Shown: positions 31,294-41,856, counted from the stretch's first letter. The stretch: DNA of 64,000 nucleotides from an uncultured Aquimarina sp. (GCA_937951135.1 CALFCI010000017.1:7378-71377); one strand, 5' to 3'. Program-made: numbers and translations. The notes: generated by a model not told the origin, from the sequence alone.

Positions 31294-32169
31294 ATGAACC
31301 GCTATTCACTACACGACACTTTTGTAATACATCAATACCCATCAGACACTTGGGAAGAAGAAACACAGAACGAAGACTATTTTAAAATTATTTTTGTTGA
31401 AGAAGGATTAGGCTCCCATACCGTCAATGGAACAAAGTTCTTGTATAAAGAAAATAATATATTTTTATTGGCTCCTAATGATACCCATAGTTTTGAAATC
31501 GAAAAACAATCTAAATTCACGTATTTCAAATTCACAGATCGATTATTTTCTAGCAAAGTGAGTTTACCTCCAAGAAAATATTGGCTGCAACGTATTGAGC
31601 AATTATTACATAATCCCAATCTTATTGCTGGAGATATCATCTATCATGAAGAGGATCGCAACATCACTTGGAATTTGCACAAGATTATATTGAAAGAATT
31701 CAAAAAAGAGAAAGTATATTACCATGAAATCATTTGTAATGCTGTTAGCACATTACTCAGTATTTTCGTTAGAAATCTTTCAGAAAAAAATACGGTAATG
31801 CATTTGAACACTCCTATTGCATATAATAAGATTGATCAGGTTATTCACCATATCAAACATAGTATTTATGATAATGAGCTTACTAAGATTAGTTATATGG
31901 CTCAAAAATTTCAAATGTCTCAAAGTTCAATTAGTAGCTCTTTCAAAAAAGCAACAGGTGAATCCATTCATCAATATGTAACGAAATATAAAATGGAATT
32001 GGTAGAATATCGTTTACAGCACACCGAGTTTACCATTGCCGAAATTGCTGATCAATTAGGATATACTGATGAAAGTCACTTGACTAAAACGTTTAAAAAA
32101 TATTTTGAGATCTCACCAAAACAATATCGAGAAAAGACAATTCAAAAAGGTGTGTTAAATTCTGCTTAA
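31294..32169 (+). CDS. AraC-family transcriptional regulator
   Basis: N-terminal cupin-like domain; IAEIADQLGYTDESHLTKTFKK. Confidence 0.92.
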   Translation: MNRYSLHDTFVIHQYPSDTWEEETQNEDYFKIIFVEEGLGSHTVNGTKFLYKENNIFLLAPNDTHSFEIEKQSKFTYFKFTDRLFSSKVSLPPRKYWLQRIEQLLHNPNLIAGDIIYHEEDRNITWNLHKIILKEFKKEKVYYHEIICNAVSTLLSIFVRNLSEKNTVMHLNTPIAYNKIDQVIHHIKHSIYDNELTKISYMAQKFQMSQSSISSSFKKATGESIHQYVTKYKMELVEYRLQHTEFTIAEIADQLGYTDESHLTKTFKKYFEISPKQYREKTIQKGVLNSA

Positions 32170-32282
32170 TAGCCTAAACAGTGATTTTCAAGGTAAGATA
32201 TCGATAGTTTGTTACTGTTACTATTCAGAAACAAAGAGCTTTTGCGGTATATGTTTATTTTGTCTGTAAGAGAGCGTATTAG

Positions 32283-32384
32283 AGTCAACTACTTCGGAAC
32301 AAGCTCACGAGGTATCTAGCGGATACCTAATTTTTCACATTTCGAGGCAAGCCTCGGAAAAATGAACTCTACAATGTATATTAA
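32283..32384 (+). repeat. ~100-bp three-hairpin element, copy 4 (end overlaps clpS stop)
   Basis: Matches consensus; terminal TTA(A) is the clpS TAA. Confidence 0.85.
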
Positions 32385-32656
32385 ACGATCTCGGCACTTA
32401 ATCCCGCTTGTAATAACTTAGAGCATTTAGGTTCTAACTCTTTATACACTCCTGTTTTCACGGTACACTTTCCTTTATAATGTACCAACATTGCGCATTG
32501 CTCTGCCTGAACAGGAGTATGCTCACAAGTAGCGATTAAAGTATCTATAACATGATCAAAAGTATTGACATCATCATTATACAATACGATCTCACTGTGC
32601 TGTTGATCAATAACTTCTTCTAAAATTTCTTCTAAAATTTCTTGTTGCGTACTCAT
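32381..32656 (-). CDS. clpS: Clp protease adaptor
   Basis: LYNDDVNTFDHV, VHYKGK. Confidence 0.9.
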   Translation of the reverse strand: MSTQQEILEEILEEVIDQQHSEIVLYNDDVNTFDHVIDTLIATCEHTPVQAEQCAMLVHYKGKCTVKTGVYKELEPKCSKLLQAGLSAEIV

Positions 32657-32717
32657 AACATATATATAGGGTTATACAAATATAATAGAAATACTATTAA
32701 AACCACAGATATTTAGA

Positions 32718-33560
32718 TTATTTTAACATGTAATGTACTGCTAACCAATCGTTTCGTTCTATAATTTCATAACACTCCAAACCATTTGCTACACAAACCT
32801 CTGTAATCTGTTCTAAATCAACTTTATAAAAGCCACTTAAAAACAAGGTTCCCTTGGAGGATAAACTTTTTACATAGCTCTGGATATCAGCTATCAAAAT
32901 ATTGCGATTAATATTGGCAATAATAATATCGTATTGTTTATCTGCGATTATAGTAACATCTCCTTCATACACTTTAATATCATTACATGCATTCCGCTCA
33001 ATATTTTCTAAAGTATTGAGGTAACACCAATTATCGATATCAACGGCATCTACTGGTGTTGCCCCTTTCATTGCTGCCAAAATAGCCAGAACCCCTGTTC
33101 CACAACCCATATCCAGTACTTTCTTGTTTGCTACATCAGTTTGTAACAAATGCTGTATCATCATGTGTGTAGTTTCATGATGCCCTGTCCCAAAAGACAT
33201 TTTAGGTTCGATAATAATATCATATTCCGTTTTTGGTTGTTCATGAAAAGGTGCTCTTACACTACAGATATCATCTACAATAATAGGAGTAAAATTCTTT
33301 TCCCATTCTTCGTTCCAGTTTACTTGCTCAATTTCTTGTGTTGTATAAGTAATTGAAAACTCTCCAGAATGTAAGACATGAATATCTTCTAATACATTGG
33401 CATGCCATTCTTCTTTTTGAATATATGCCTTTACGCCTTCTGTAGTTTCTACAAAACTTTCAAAACCAGCATAGCCTAGTTCTGCAATCAAAATTTCTGT
33501 AGCAGGTTGTAAAGGAGTAATTGTAAAATCGTATCCGATATAAATTGGAGGTGTTGCCAT
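32718..33560 (-). CDS. prmA: Ribosomal protein L11 methyltransferase
   Basis: PKMSFGTGHHETT, LDMGCGTGVLAI, ANINRN. Confidence 0.95.
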   Translation of the reverse strand: MATPPIYIGYDFTITPLQPATEILIAELGYAGFESFVETTEGVKAYIQKEEWHANVLEDIHVLHSGEFSITYTTQEIEQVNWNEEWEKNFTPIIVDDICSVRAPFHEQPKTEYDIIIEPKMSFGTGHHETTHMMIQHLLQTDVANKKVLDMGCGTGVLAILAAMKGATPVDAVDIDNWCYLNTLENIERNACNDIKVYEGDVTIIADKQYDIIIANINRNILIADIQSYVKSLSSKGTLFLSGFYKVDLEQITEVCVANGLECYEIIERNDWLAVHYMLK

Positions 33561-33634
33561 GGGTATTATTAAGGTTAAATACATAAAAAAAGTGGTTGTA
33601 TATGCATATTTGCTTATATCACCACTTTTTTATA

Positions 33635-33850
33635 GTTGTTAGTTGTACTTAGAATTTAGTTGATCGTTGTTAGTTGTCCGTTGATGGGTTTTTATACTCC
33701 TAATTCGAATACAGAGACAGCATTCCTTAACTTCCCACTTCTAAAATCGTGCTTTGTACTTCTATTTTAGTTGATAGTTGATCGTTGTCAGTTGATGGTT
33801 GATTTTTTTTCAATCGTAACTCCAAAATCGTAAATCGTACTTCTAATTCA
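33635..33850. repeat. Composite heptamer cassette array
   Basis: TAGTTGATCGTTGTTAG.../...AAATCGTAAATCGTACTTCTAAT units. Confidence 0.85.
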
Positions 33851-33852
33851 GA

Positions 33853-34605
33853 TTAAAATGATCCTGCAATAGCAGCAAAACCTTCTGCATCTAGCGCTGC
33901 ACCACCAATCAATCCACCATCGACATCTGCTTTTGCAAAAATCTCAGCTGCATTTGCTGGTTTTACACTTCCACCATATAAGATAGATACTTCTTCTGCA
34001 ATAGCAGCAGTATACGATTGCTCAATAGTTTTACGAATAAATGCATGCATTTCTTGTGCTTGCTCTGGAGAAGCTGTCTCTCCTGTTCCTATTGCCCATA
34101 CTGGCTCATACGCCAATACTATATTTTTCCAAGCACTTGCTTCAATATGAAATAATCCATTTTTCAACTGCCCTTCAACCACTTTAAAATGATTTTCACT
34201 TTTACGATCTTCCAATTCTTCACCAAAACAAAAGATAACTTTCATTCCATGTGCTAATGCCGTATTTACTTTTTCTGCTAATAATGCATCTGTTTCACCA
34301 AAGTATGCTCTACGCTCACTATGTCCTAAAATAACCGTTTGCACTCCAACACTCGTCAACATATCTGCAGAGATCTCTCCTGTAAACGCTCCATTTTCTG
34401 CTTGGTGCATGTTTTGAGCTGACACTTGAATATTAGATCCTTTTAACGCTTCTACAGTAGACTGTAAATTTGTAAATGTTGGTGCAACAATCACTTCTGC
34501 TCCAGACACTTGCCCTAATTTTGATTTTAAATCCGAAAGTAAAGTTCCTGCATCTGCAAGATTTTTATTCATTTTCCAGTTTCCGGCTACAATCTTTTTT
34601 CTCAT
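33853..34605 (-). CDS. tpiA: Triosephosphate isomerase
   Basis: AGNWKMN, GHSERR, AYEPVWAIGTG, YGGSV. Confidence 0.98.
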   Translation of the reverse strand: MRKKIVAGNWKMNKNLADAGTLLSDLKSKLGQVSGAEVIVAPTFTNLQSTVEALKGSNIQVSAQNMHQAENGAFTGEISADMLTSVGVQTVILGHSERRAYFGETDALLAEKVNTALAHGMKVIFCFGEELEDRKSENHFKVVEGQLKNGLFHIEASAWKNIVLAYEPVWAIGTGETASPEQAQEMHAFIRKTIEQSYTAAIAEEVSILYGGSVKPANAAEIFAKADVDGGLIGGAALDAEGFAAIAGSF

Positions 34606-34650
34606 TATTGTTTTAATTTATGTTTTTAGTATCATGTTTCGAACAGCATC

Positions 34651-35727
34651 CTATGAAATCCGTATCCTTGGATCTAACCATCCATATATAATGTCGACAA
34701 ATATATTAATTATGATGAACATAGTTGCTATAACCAACACAGAACCCATTATTACTGGAAGATCTAATGTATTTAGCGCATCTACGATTTCTTTCCCTAA
34801 ACCATTCCACCCAAAAATATACTCTACAAAAACTGCTCCTGCAAGCATAGAAGCAAACCATCCTGAAATGGCTGTAACTACTGGATTCAAAGCATTTTTT
34901 AATGCATGATTTTTAATGACTTGAAATAATGATAACCCTTTTGCTCTAGCGGTACGGATATAATCCTGATGCATCACTTCTAACAAAGAACTGCGCATCA
35001 ATTGTGTGACTACTGCCAAAGGCCTAATCCCTAAAACAACTGCTGGCAACACTAGGTTTTTCCATACGATATACACTCCTTCTCCAAAATCATCTACTTC
35101 ATATAAACTCCCTGTCATATTTAAATGCGTATACGCTTCTAACACATACCCAAACAACCAAGCAAAAATAATCGCACTAAAGAAGGAAGGAAGACTCATT
35201 CCTAGTGTACTAATTAACTGTATACATTTATCTGGCCAACGATCTTTTGTCAGTGCACTTACAACTCCCATAATGACGCCTATACCAATCGCTATACAGA
35301 TCGCAACTATTGCCAATAACGCCGTATTGGGTAAGGTTTCGCCGATAACAGCACTTACTGCTTTTCCATTTTTCTGAAATGACTGCCGGAGATAAGGCAG
35401 TTTTAACACTAAAACACCTGTTCCTAACTCCAATAGAGAAACTCCTGTATATTTCTCTACGGTATAATATGAAAAATCGTCCGCTATAATACTATGCACT
35501 GATAGTGGAGATAAATCGTTCAAATACTGCAAATACTGAATCCCAATGGGCTGATCAAAACCATATTTTTTTCGCACATTTTGGAGCTGCTCTTCACTCT
35601 CATTTTGTCCTAACATCATTTGTGCAGGATCACCAGGCAGTACGCTAAACAGAAAGAAAATTACAGTCACCACACCAAATAAAGTGAGTATTGCATATCC
35701 AATTTTTTGAAAAAATGATCGTATCAT
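34651..35727 (-). CDS. Peptide ABC transporter permease (DppB/OppB-like)
   Basis: PGDPA, DYIRTARAKGL EAA region, HALKNAL. Confidence 0.9.
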   Translation of the reverse strand: MIRSFFQKIGYAILTLFGVVTVIFFLFSVLPGDPAQMMLGQNESEEQLQNVRKKYGFDQPIGIQYLQYLNDLSPLSVHSIIADDFSYYTVEKYTGVSLLELGTGVLVLKLPYLRQSFQKNGKAVSAVIGETLPNTALLAIVAICIAIGIGVIMGVVSALTKDRWPDKCIQLISTLGMSLPSFFSAIIFAWLFGYVLEAYTHLNMTGSLYEVDDFGEGVYIVWKNLVLPAVVLGIRPLAVVTQLMRSSLLEVMHQDYIRTARAKGLSLFQVIKNHALKNALNPVVTAISGWFASMLAGAVFVEYIFGWNGLGKEIVDALNTLDLPVIMGSVLVIATMFIIINIFVDIIYGWLDPRIRIS

Positions 35728-35751
35728 AAGTACATATACTGTATTAATAAT

Positions 35752-36045
35752 TTAGTTGATCGTTGTTAGTTGATGGTTGTCAGTTGATCATTTTTTTTCG
35801 AAAATTTTCACTTCTAACTTCCCACTTCTAAAATCGTACTTCTAATTTAGTTGATGGTTGATCGTTGATGGTTTTTTCCTAAAAATGTATACTTCTAACT
35901 TCCCACTTCTAAAATCGTACTTCTAATTTGGTTATTCGTTGTCAGTTGACGGTTGATTGATTTTCCACAAAACCAATTAACTTCTTAACTTCTGACTTCT
36001 AAAATCGTAAATCGTACTTCTACTTTAGTTCTTAACTTCGGAATA
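35752..36045. repeat. Composite heptamer cassette array (three units)
   Basis: Three GTTGATGG/GTTGTCA arms each followed by an ACTTCTA..AAATCGTACTTCTA arm. Confidence 0.88.
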
Positions 36046-36119
36046 GCTTTTTTTTCTATTATTTGTCTATTTTCTATGTTCTTAATTCTGGCTTTTCATA
36101 AGATACTAAAACAAAACGT

Positions 36120-37214
36120 TTATAAAGTTAAGCTATCTGCATCATTCCAGTGTAACTTTTGTTTGATCGTTCCCTTTTCTAATCTTAAAATCCCTGGATT
36201 GGAACGTATAATGGTTTTTAATGCGGTCTCATCTGTGGTATATACTTCAAAATTAAGATGATGTATAGTCCTTAATTCTTGAATATCCTCGGGTGTTGAA
36301 GCACTTAGCCCTATAACCGTATATCCTTTTTGCAGTGCTGCATCAGTGACTGTACGTATGGCGGCCCATCCTTCAGATTCACTTTTGGAACTATTATAGA
36401 TGATAATAACCAGCGCTTTGGGTGCTGTTAATATACGCTCTGTATGATCTTCACCGTCTTTCTCTATTGAAAAGTCATGAATTGGCGGAACATAACCTTC
36501 CTCTATTTCTTTGGTTTCTACGTCAATAAACGTTCCTTCTACTGTAGGATAATCGCCATTGGTGGTTATAATTTTTTCCTGTCCCTCAATCTCAAAACGC
36601 CAATTGTATTCGAATACAGCTTCTGGAGCACCTTCAGGAACCTCCATATCTTTTTTAATATTAACACCTATTTTATAGGGTCTAAAATCAAATACCGGCA
36701 AATGCATCAGTACATAATAGGCATATCCTAAACAACATGAAAAACAAACAAACACAATCCATTGATGCGCTGCAATAGGCTTGATTGGTGTAATATAGCG
36801 TCGTCCAAAAAACAAGATTAAAATTAAAATGGTTAAGATGATATCCTTACTAAACGATTGCCAAGGTGTTAATGGAATAGCATCCCCAAAACAACCGCAA
36901 TCTGTTACTTTATTGAAGTATGCGGAATAAAAGGTTAGAAACGTAAAAAACAAAATCATCCCTAATAAAGTCCACAAGGTCAACTTTGGCAAATAGCCCA
37001 AAAGCAATGTAATCCCTACTAAAACTTCAAAAATCACTAAAAATACAGCAATCAATAACGCAAAAGGAATCAAAAATTCTAAATTCAAAACGCCTTCTCC
37101 AAAATATTCTTGCAGCTTATATGAAAACCCTAATGGATCATTCAATTTTATAAATCCTGAAAATATAAACAGTATCCCTACACAACATCTGGATATCGTA
37201 ACTAATAGTTTCAT
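36120..37214 (-). CDS. DoxX/MauE-like membrane protein (BT_3928 family)
   Basis: SGFIKLNDPLG, VTDCGCFGD, DFRPYKIG, LKTIIRSNPG. Confidence 0.85.
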   Translation of the reverse strand: MKLLVTISRCCVGILFIFSGFIKLNDPLGFSYKLQEYFGEGVLNLEFLIPFALLIAVFLVIFEVLVGITLLLGYLPKLTLWTLLGMILFFTFLTFYSAYFNKVTDCGCFGDAIPLTPWQSFSKDIILTILILILFFGRRYITPIKPIAAHQWIVFVCFSCCLGYAYYVLMHLPVFDFRPYKIGVNIKKDMEVPEGAPEAVFEYNWRFEIEGQEKIITTNGDYPTVEGTFIDVETKEIEEGYVPPIHDFSIEKDGEDHTERILTAPKALVIIIYNSSKSESEGWAAIRTVTDAALQKGYTVIGLSASTPEDIQELRTIHHLNFEVYTTDETALKTIIRSNPGILRLEKGTIKQKLHWNDADSLTL

Positions 37215-37533
37215 GTGGTTGGTTGTTTGGTTGGTTATTGGTTGTCGGTTGATAGTTGATAGTTGATAGTTGATAGTTGATAGTTTGTATAACTTCTGGG
37301 ATAATTACATATTGTTCTTAGCTTTTCGTAATTCTTTAACTCCTTAATTTCTAACGTTAACCTCAGGTATCAGGTGTCGGGTTTCAGGTCTTTTTTAACC
37401 CTAATTCAAATATAGCTTCTGATATTTCAGAATAACACTTAGCTTTCCTTAATTCTTTAACTTCTGACTTCTAAAATCGTACTTCTAATACAGCAGTTAG
37501 TTCTTGTGTTTCATAACTTCTTAACTCCTCCTG
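37215..37533. repeat. Composite heptamer cassette array including (GTTGATA)x5
   Basis: Perfect repeats at 37248-37282; AACTTCT/AACTCCT arms. Confidence 0.85.
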
Positions 37534-37534
37534 A

Positions 37535-38077
37535 CTACTCACTTTCTCCAAGATGAATCATCGCAAACACTGCATAATTAATCATATCTTGATAGTTTGC
37601 ATCAATCCCTTCACTGACTAAAGTCTTTCCTTTATTGTCTTCGATTTGTTTTACTCTCAACAATTTTTGAAGTATTAAATCCGTCAACGAACTTACACGC
37701 ATATCACGCCAAGCTTCTCCATAATCATGATTTTTATCAAGCATTAGCGTCTTTGTTGCCTCAACATACGCATCATATAACACTGTCGCCTGATCCACAT
37801 CTAGATCTGGCTGCACTGCGATTCCTTTATCGATTTGGACTAATGCCATAAGGCTATAATTAATAATCCCAATAAATTCTGAAACGACTCCTTCATCTAC
37901 CTTGCGTACTTCATTCTCCTGTAAACTACGAATTCGTTGTGCTTTAATAAAAATTTGATCCGTTAATGAGGGAAGTCGTAAGATTCTCCATGCACTACCA
38001 TAATCTTTCATTTTTTTTATAAACAGCTCTCGACATGTAGTAATAATTGCATCGTATTGTTTCGCCGTATCTTGCAT
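37535..38077 (-). CDS. DUF1599 family protein
   Basis: Duplicated KxxDYG motif (KMKDYGSAW, KNHDYGEAW). Confidence 0.85.
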   Translation of the reverse strand: MQDTAKQYDAIITTCRELFIKKMKDYGSAWRILRLPSLTDQIFIKAQRIRSLQENEVRKVDEGVVSEFIGIINYSLMALVQIDKGIAVQPDLDVDQATVLYDAYVEATKTLMLDKNHDYGEAWRDMRVSSLTDLILQKLLRVKQIEDNKGKTLVSEGIDANYQDMINYAVFAMIHLGESE

Positions 38078-38170
38078 AAAACTATGTAATTTTATGTAAA
38101 TTTCGTTTTAATCTAGCAATTAAAAAAATTGTAGCATAAAGATTATACCGAAAAACCTGAAATCAATATC

Positions 38171-39004
38171 ATGACTATCAATTGTAAAGGAAATTTAATC
38201 GATCTCTCTACCCCAAAAGTAATGGGGATTCTTAATCTTACTCCAGATTCTTTTTATGATGGAGGAGCTTATAAAGACGAAAGCGCAATAATAAACCAAG
38301 TCGAGCGTATGCTAAATGATGGTGCTACTTTTATCGATCTTGGCGCCTACTCTTCTAGACCTGGTGCTACACATATTCCGGTAGCCGAAGAGCGCTCTAG
38401 AATTATTCCTATTGTAACCCTATTACTTGAAAAATTTCCAGATATCTTATTATCTATCGACACCTTTCGAAGTAGCGTTGCTAAAGCCTGTATTGAAGCT
38501 GGTGCTGCACTGATCAATGATATTTCTGCCGGAACCTTAGATCAGAATATGATGACAACCCTAGCCCAATTAAACGTGCCCTATATCATGATGCATATCA
38601 AAGGTACTCCGCAAACTATGAAATCATTAAATCAATATAGCGATATCACTCACGAGATGCAATATTATTTTTCTGAAAAAGTAGCTCAGGCTAGACGCCT
38701 TGGGATTTCCGATATCATTATTGATCCGGGATTTGGATTTGCAAAAGATACGGATCAAAGTTTTGAGGTATTACGAAAGCTTCCAGTTCTAAAACTACAA
38801 GAATTACCAATTCTTGCAGGTGTATCTAGAAAATCCATGATTTACAACACCCTAAAAAACACTCCAGACACAGCACTTAACGGCACGACAGTACTCAATA
38901 CTATTGCGGTATTAAACGGAGCTTCTATCTTAAGAGTACACGATGTAAAAGAGGCTATGGAATGTATCACTCTTACAAATGCATATTTAGTTGATCGTTG
39001 TTAG
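38171..39004 (+). CDS. folP: Dihydropteroate synthase
   Basis: MGILNLTPDSFYDGG, DPGFGFAK, SRKS, RVHDV. Confidence 0.96.
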   Translation: MTINCKGNLIDLSTPKVMGILNLTPDSFYDGGAYKDESAIINQVERMLNDGATFIDLGAYSSRPGATHIPVAEERSRIIPIVTLLLEKFPDILLSIDTFRSSVAKACIEAGAALINDISAGTLDQNMMTTLAQLNVPYIMMHIKGTPQTMKSLNQYSDITHEMQYYFSEKVAQARRLGISDIIIDPGFGFAKDTDQSFEVLRKLPVLKLQELPILAGVSRKSMIYNTLKNTPDTALNGTTVLNTIAVLNGASILRVHDVKEAMECITLTNAYLVDRC

Positions 39005-39440
39005 TTGTCGGTTGATGGGTTTTTTAATCGTAACTCTGAAATCGTAAATCGTACTTCTATTTTAGTTGATGGTTGATCGTTGTCAGTTGACGGTTGATCG
39101 ATTTTCCACAAAACCAATTAACTTCTTAACTTCTGACTTCTGACTTCTGACTTCTGACTTCTAAAATCGTACTTCTAATGTAGTTGATGGTTGATCGTTG
39201 TCAGTTGATGGTTGATTTTTTTTCAATCGTAACTCCAAAGTCGTAAATCGTACTTCTAATTTGGGTATTAGGTTTCAGGTATTGGTTTTTTTGTCTAAAA
39301 TCTAGTATCTAATAGCGAAGCGGTCTCAAATCTAATTTCGTACTTCTAATACAGCAGCTTGCTTTTAGCCTTTAGCGATTAGCTCCTAATTTCTAACTCC
39401 TTAACTTCTGACTTCTTAACTTCTAAACTCGAACTTATAA
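38987..39440. repeat. Composite heptamer cassette array (about five units)
   Basis: Repeated TTAGTTGATGGTTGATCGTTGTCAG...GTACTTCTAAT units with an (ACTTCTG)n run. Confidence 0.9.
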
Positions 39441-39563
39441 TAGAACACTATATTTCTGGGTATTTAGGACTTTTGTCATGTACGAAGTTCAATACCTAAA
39501 TAACTCACGCCCCTATCTAGAAATAACTAAAAAGTATTTCCTATTTTTACAAAAACACTGCAC

Positions 39564-40340
39564 TTGAATTTAATTGACCTTAGGATACTAGATATTGTAG
39601 ACATCGTTTTGGTGGCTTTTCTATTGTATTACGTTTATAAACTTGTAAAAGGAACGGCTGCGATTAACATTTTTATTGGTATCGTGATCATTTATTTAGT
39701 TTGGAAACTCACAGAATTCCTATCTATGGAAATGCTGAGTAGCGTGTTAGGTGAATTTATTGGTGTTGGAATGTTTGCCTTAATTGTTGTATTTCAACAA
39801 GAAATACGAAAATTCTTATTGATGGTTGGTTCTACTAATTTTGGAAATAAACGCAAGTTCTTGAACCAATTAAAATTTATGCGGGATATCCCAGAAGATA
39901 CCACAACAAATATAGAAGCCATTATTACTGCATGTGAGCACATGGGAGATTCCTATACCGGTGCGTTAATCATTATCAAGCATAATGCTTCTCTAGATTT
40001 TGTAAAGAATACGGGAGATACTATGGACATTACTATCAACACACCTATCATAGAAAGTATTTTTTACAAAAATAGCACCTTGCATGATGGCGCTATCCTT
40101 ATAGAAGAAAATAAAATTATCGCAAGTCGCGCGATTTTACCTGTTACCAATGACAGAAATATTCCACTTCGCTATGGGCTTCGCCACCGTGCCGCCATTG
40201 GAATTACGGAAAAAACAGATGCTTTAGCACTAGTCGTGAGCGAGGAAACTGGACAACTATCTTATATCCGTAATGGTGAATTCATTCCTTTTAAAAATCA
40301 CACAGAATTAATTGCCAAGATTCAAAAAGATTTGAGGTAA
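39564..40340 (+). CDS. cdaA: Diadenylate cyclase
   Basis: Three N-terminal TM helices, FQQEIR, LHDGA, GLRHRAA, VSEETG. Confidence 0.93.
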   Translation: MNLIDLRILDIVDIVLVAFLLYYVYKLVKGTAAINIFIGIVIIYLVWKLTEFLSMEMLSSVLGEFIGVGMFALIVVFQQEIRKFLLMVGSTNFGNKRKFLNQLKFMRDIPEDTTTNIEAIITACEHMGDSYTGALIIIKHNASLDFVKNTGDTMDITINTPIIESIFYKNSTLHDGAILIEENKIIASRAILPVTNDRNIPLRYGLRHRAAIGITEKTDALALVVSEETGQLSYIRNGEFIPFKNHTELIAKIQKDLR

Positions 40341-40433
40341 TGCTATTTTTATAGCACTTCTTTTTTAGAATTAAGATCAAGATATATTTCAATCCAAATA
40401 CAAATTTTATAGAATATTCCATAAACTATGGCA

Positions 40434-40467
40434 CAAAAAAAATCCTAAAGTATATACTTTAGGATTT
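40434..40467. terminator. Terminator hairpin between cdaA and tRNA-Val
   Basis: AAATCCTAAAGTA-TA-TACTTTAGGATTT with A-run on the left (U-tail on the minus strand). Confidence 0.7.
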
Positions 40468-40474
40468 AATACTG

Positions 40475-40549
40475 TGGGCGCTAAGGGATTCGAACCCCTG
40501 ACCCCTTGGGTGTAAACCAAGTGCTCTGAACCAACTGAGCTAAGCGCCC
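40475..40549 (-). tRNA. tRNA-Val (TAC)
   Basis: GGGCGCTTAGCTCAGTTGGTTCAGAGCA CTTGG-TTTACAC-CCAAG GGGTCAGGGGTTCGAATCCCTTAGCGCCCA cloverleaf; CCA not encoded. Confidence 0.96.
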
Positions 40550-40620
40550 GCTATTGCTATAGTTAGCGGTGGCAAATATACTACACTTTTACACGCTACC
40601 AAAGTAATTTTAATAAAAAA

Positions 40621-41844
40621 TTAAATTATTTCTGCCACAACAAAAGTACTTCCTCCAACATATACCAAATCGCTTACTGTAGCCAACTGTAAAGCAGTAG
40701 CATACGCTTCTTTTACACTTGAATACACACTGCCATGTAATCCAAAGTTCTTTGCATTTTGTTTTAAGATCTTTGCGTCTAGCCCTCTTGAAAGCTTAGG
40801 CGCGACAAAGTAATACGTTGCCGTTTCAGGAAATAATGGCAAAATATCTTCAAGACTCTTATCCTTTACTACACCCAATACAATATGTAATTGCTCATAT
40901 TCTTCGCTTTGTAGTTGATTCATAACCAATCGCAAGCCATCTTCGTTATGCGCAGTATCACAAATCACCTTTGGTGTTTCTTGGAGTACTTGCCATCTCC
41001 CTAACAATCCTGTATTCTGAACTACGCTTTGTAAGCCTTGTTGAATTGCCGTCTCCTTAATCTTCCAACCTCGACTTTGTAATACATTAATGGTTTGTAA
41101 TACGGTTCTCTTGTTTTCTTCTTGATAGTTCCCTTTTAGATCCGAAGGGTATACTATTTCTTCATAATTGAAAGCATAATATACCGGACTTTGCTCCTCT
41201 TTAGCCTTAGCATCAAATACCGCTTTTGTTTCCGGAGTAGTCCGACCAATTACAGTAGGGATTCCTTGTTTTATAATTCCTGCTTTCTCTCCTGCAATTT
41301 CGGGTAAGGTTGTTCCTAAAAATTGTGTATGGTCCAATCCAATATTCGTGATTACCGCAACTTCAGGCGTAATAATATTTGTAGAATCTAAACGCCCTCC
41401 TAACCCTACTTCTATAATTGCAACATCCACCTTGACTCTTGCAAAATATTGAAAGGCCATCCCAACAGTCATTTCAAAAAATGACAATTGATGAGATTCA
41501 AAATAGGCTTTGTGCTCCTTTATAAAATCAATCACATCATCCTCAGAAATTTTTTCACCGTTTACACGAATGCGCTCCCTAAAATCCTTAAGGTGTGGAG
41601 AAGTATACAACCCTACTGTATATCCAGATTCTTGCAATATAGAAGCCAACATGTGACTGGTAGACCCTTTTCCATTGGTACCTCCTACATGAATACTCTT
41701 AAACTGTTGCTCTGGGTGTTCCAAATACGACACTAAGTCTACTATATTTTGCAACCCCAGTTTCCCTTTAAAAGCACTTGCCCCTTGTTTTTGGTACATC
41801 GGCAATTGAGAAAACATCCAATCCAATGTTTCTTGATAGGTCAT
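40621..41844 (-). CDS. folC: Folylpolyglutamate/dihydrofolate synthase
   Basis: GTNGKGS, YTSPHL, EVGLGGRLDSTN, DTAHN. Confidence 0.95.
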   Translation of the reverse strand: MTYQETLDWMFSQLPMYQKQGASAFKGKLGLQNIVDLVSYLEHPEQQFKSIHVGGTNGKGSTSHMLASILQESGYTVGLYTSPHLKDFRERIRVNGEKISEDDVIDFIKEHKAYFESHQLSFFEMTVGMAFQYFARVKVDVAIIEVGLGGRLDSTNIITPEVAVITNIGLDHTQFLGTTLPEIAGEKAGIIKQGIPTVIGRTTPETKAVFDAKAKEEQSPVYYAFNYEEIVYPSDLKGNYQEENKRTVLQTINVLQSRGWKIKETAIQQGLQSVVQNTGLLGRWQVLQETPKVICDTAHNEDGLRLVMNQLQSEEYEQLHIVLGVVKDKSLEDILPLFPETATYYFVAPKLSRGLDAKILKQNAKNFGLHGSVYSSVKEAYATALQLATVSDLVYVGGSTFVVAEII

Positions 41845-41856
41845 AGGACACTTCAA

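Noticed and set aside
33635-39440. CRISPR-like reading of the heptamer arrays
   Set aside because: Units are degenerate, vary in length and are built of 7-mers; there is no constant repeat with unique spacers
39564-40340. Diadenylate cyclase as a defence or signalling island
   Set aside because: Ordinary membrane CdaA in the usual folP neighbourhood, with no effector genes
40340-40549. Integrative element at tRNA-Val
   Set aside because: No integrase and no duplicated tRNA 3' end seen in the window
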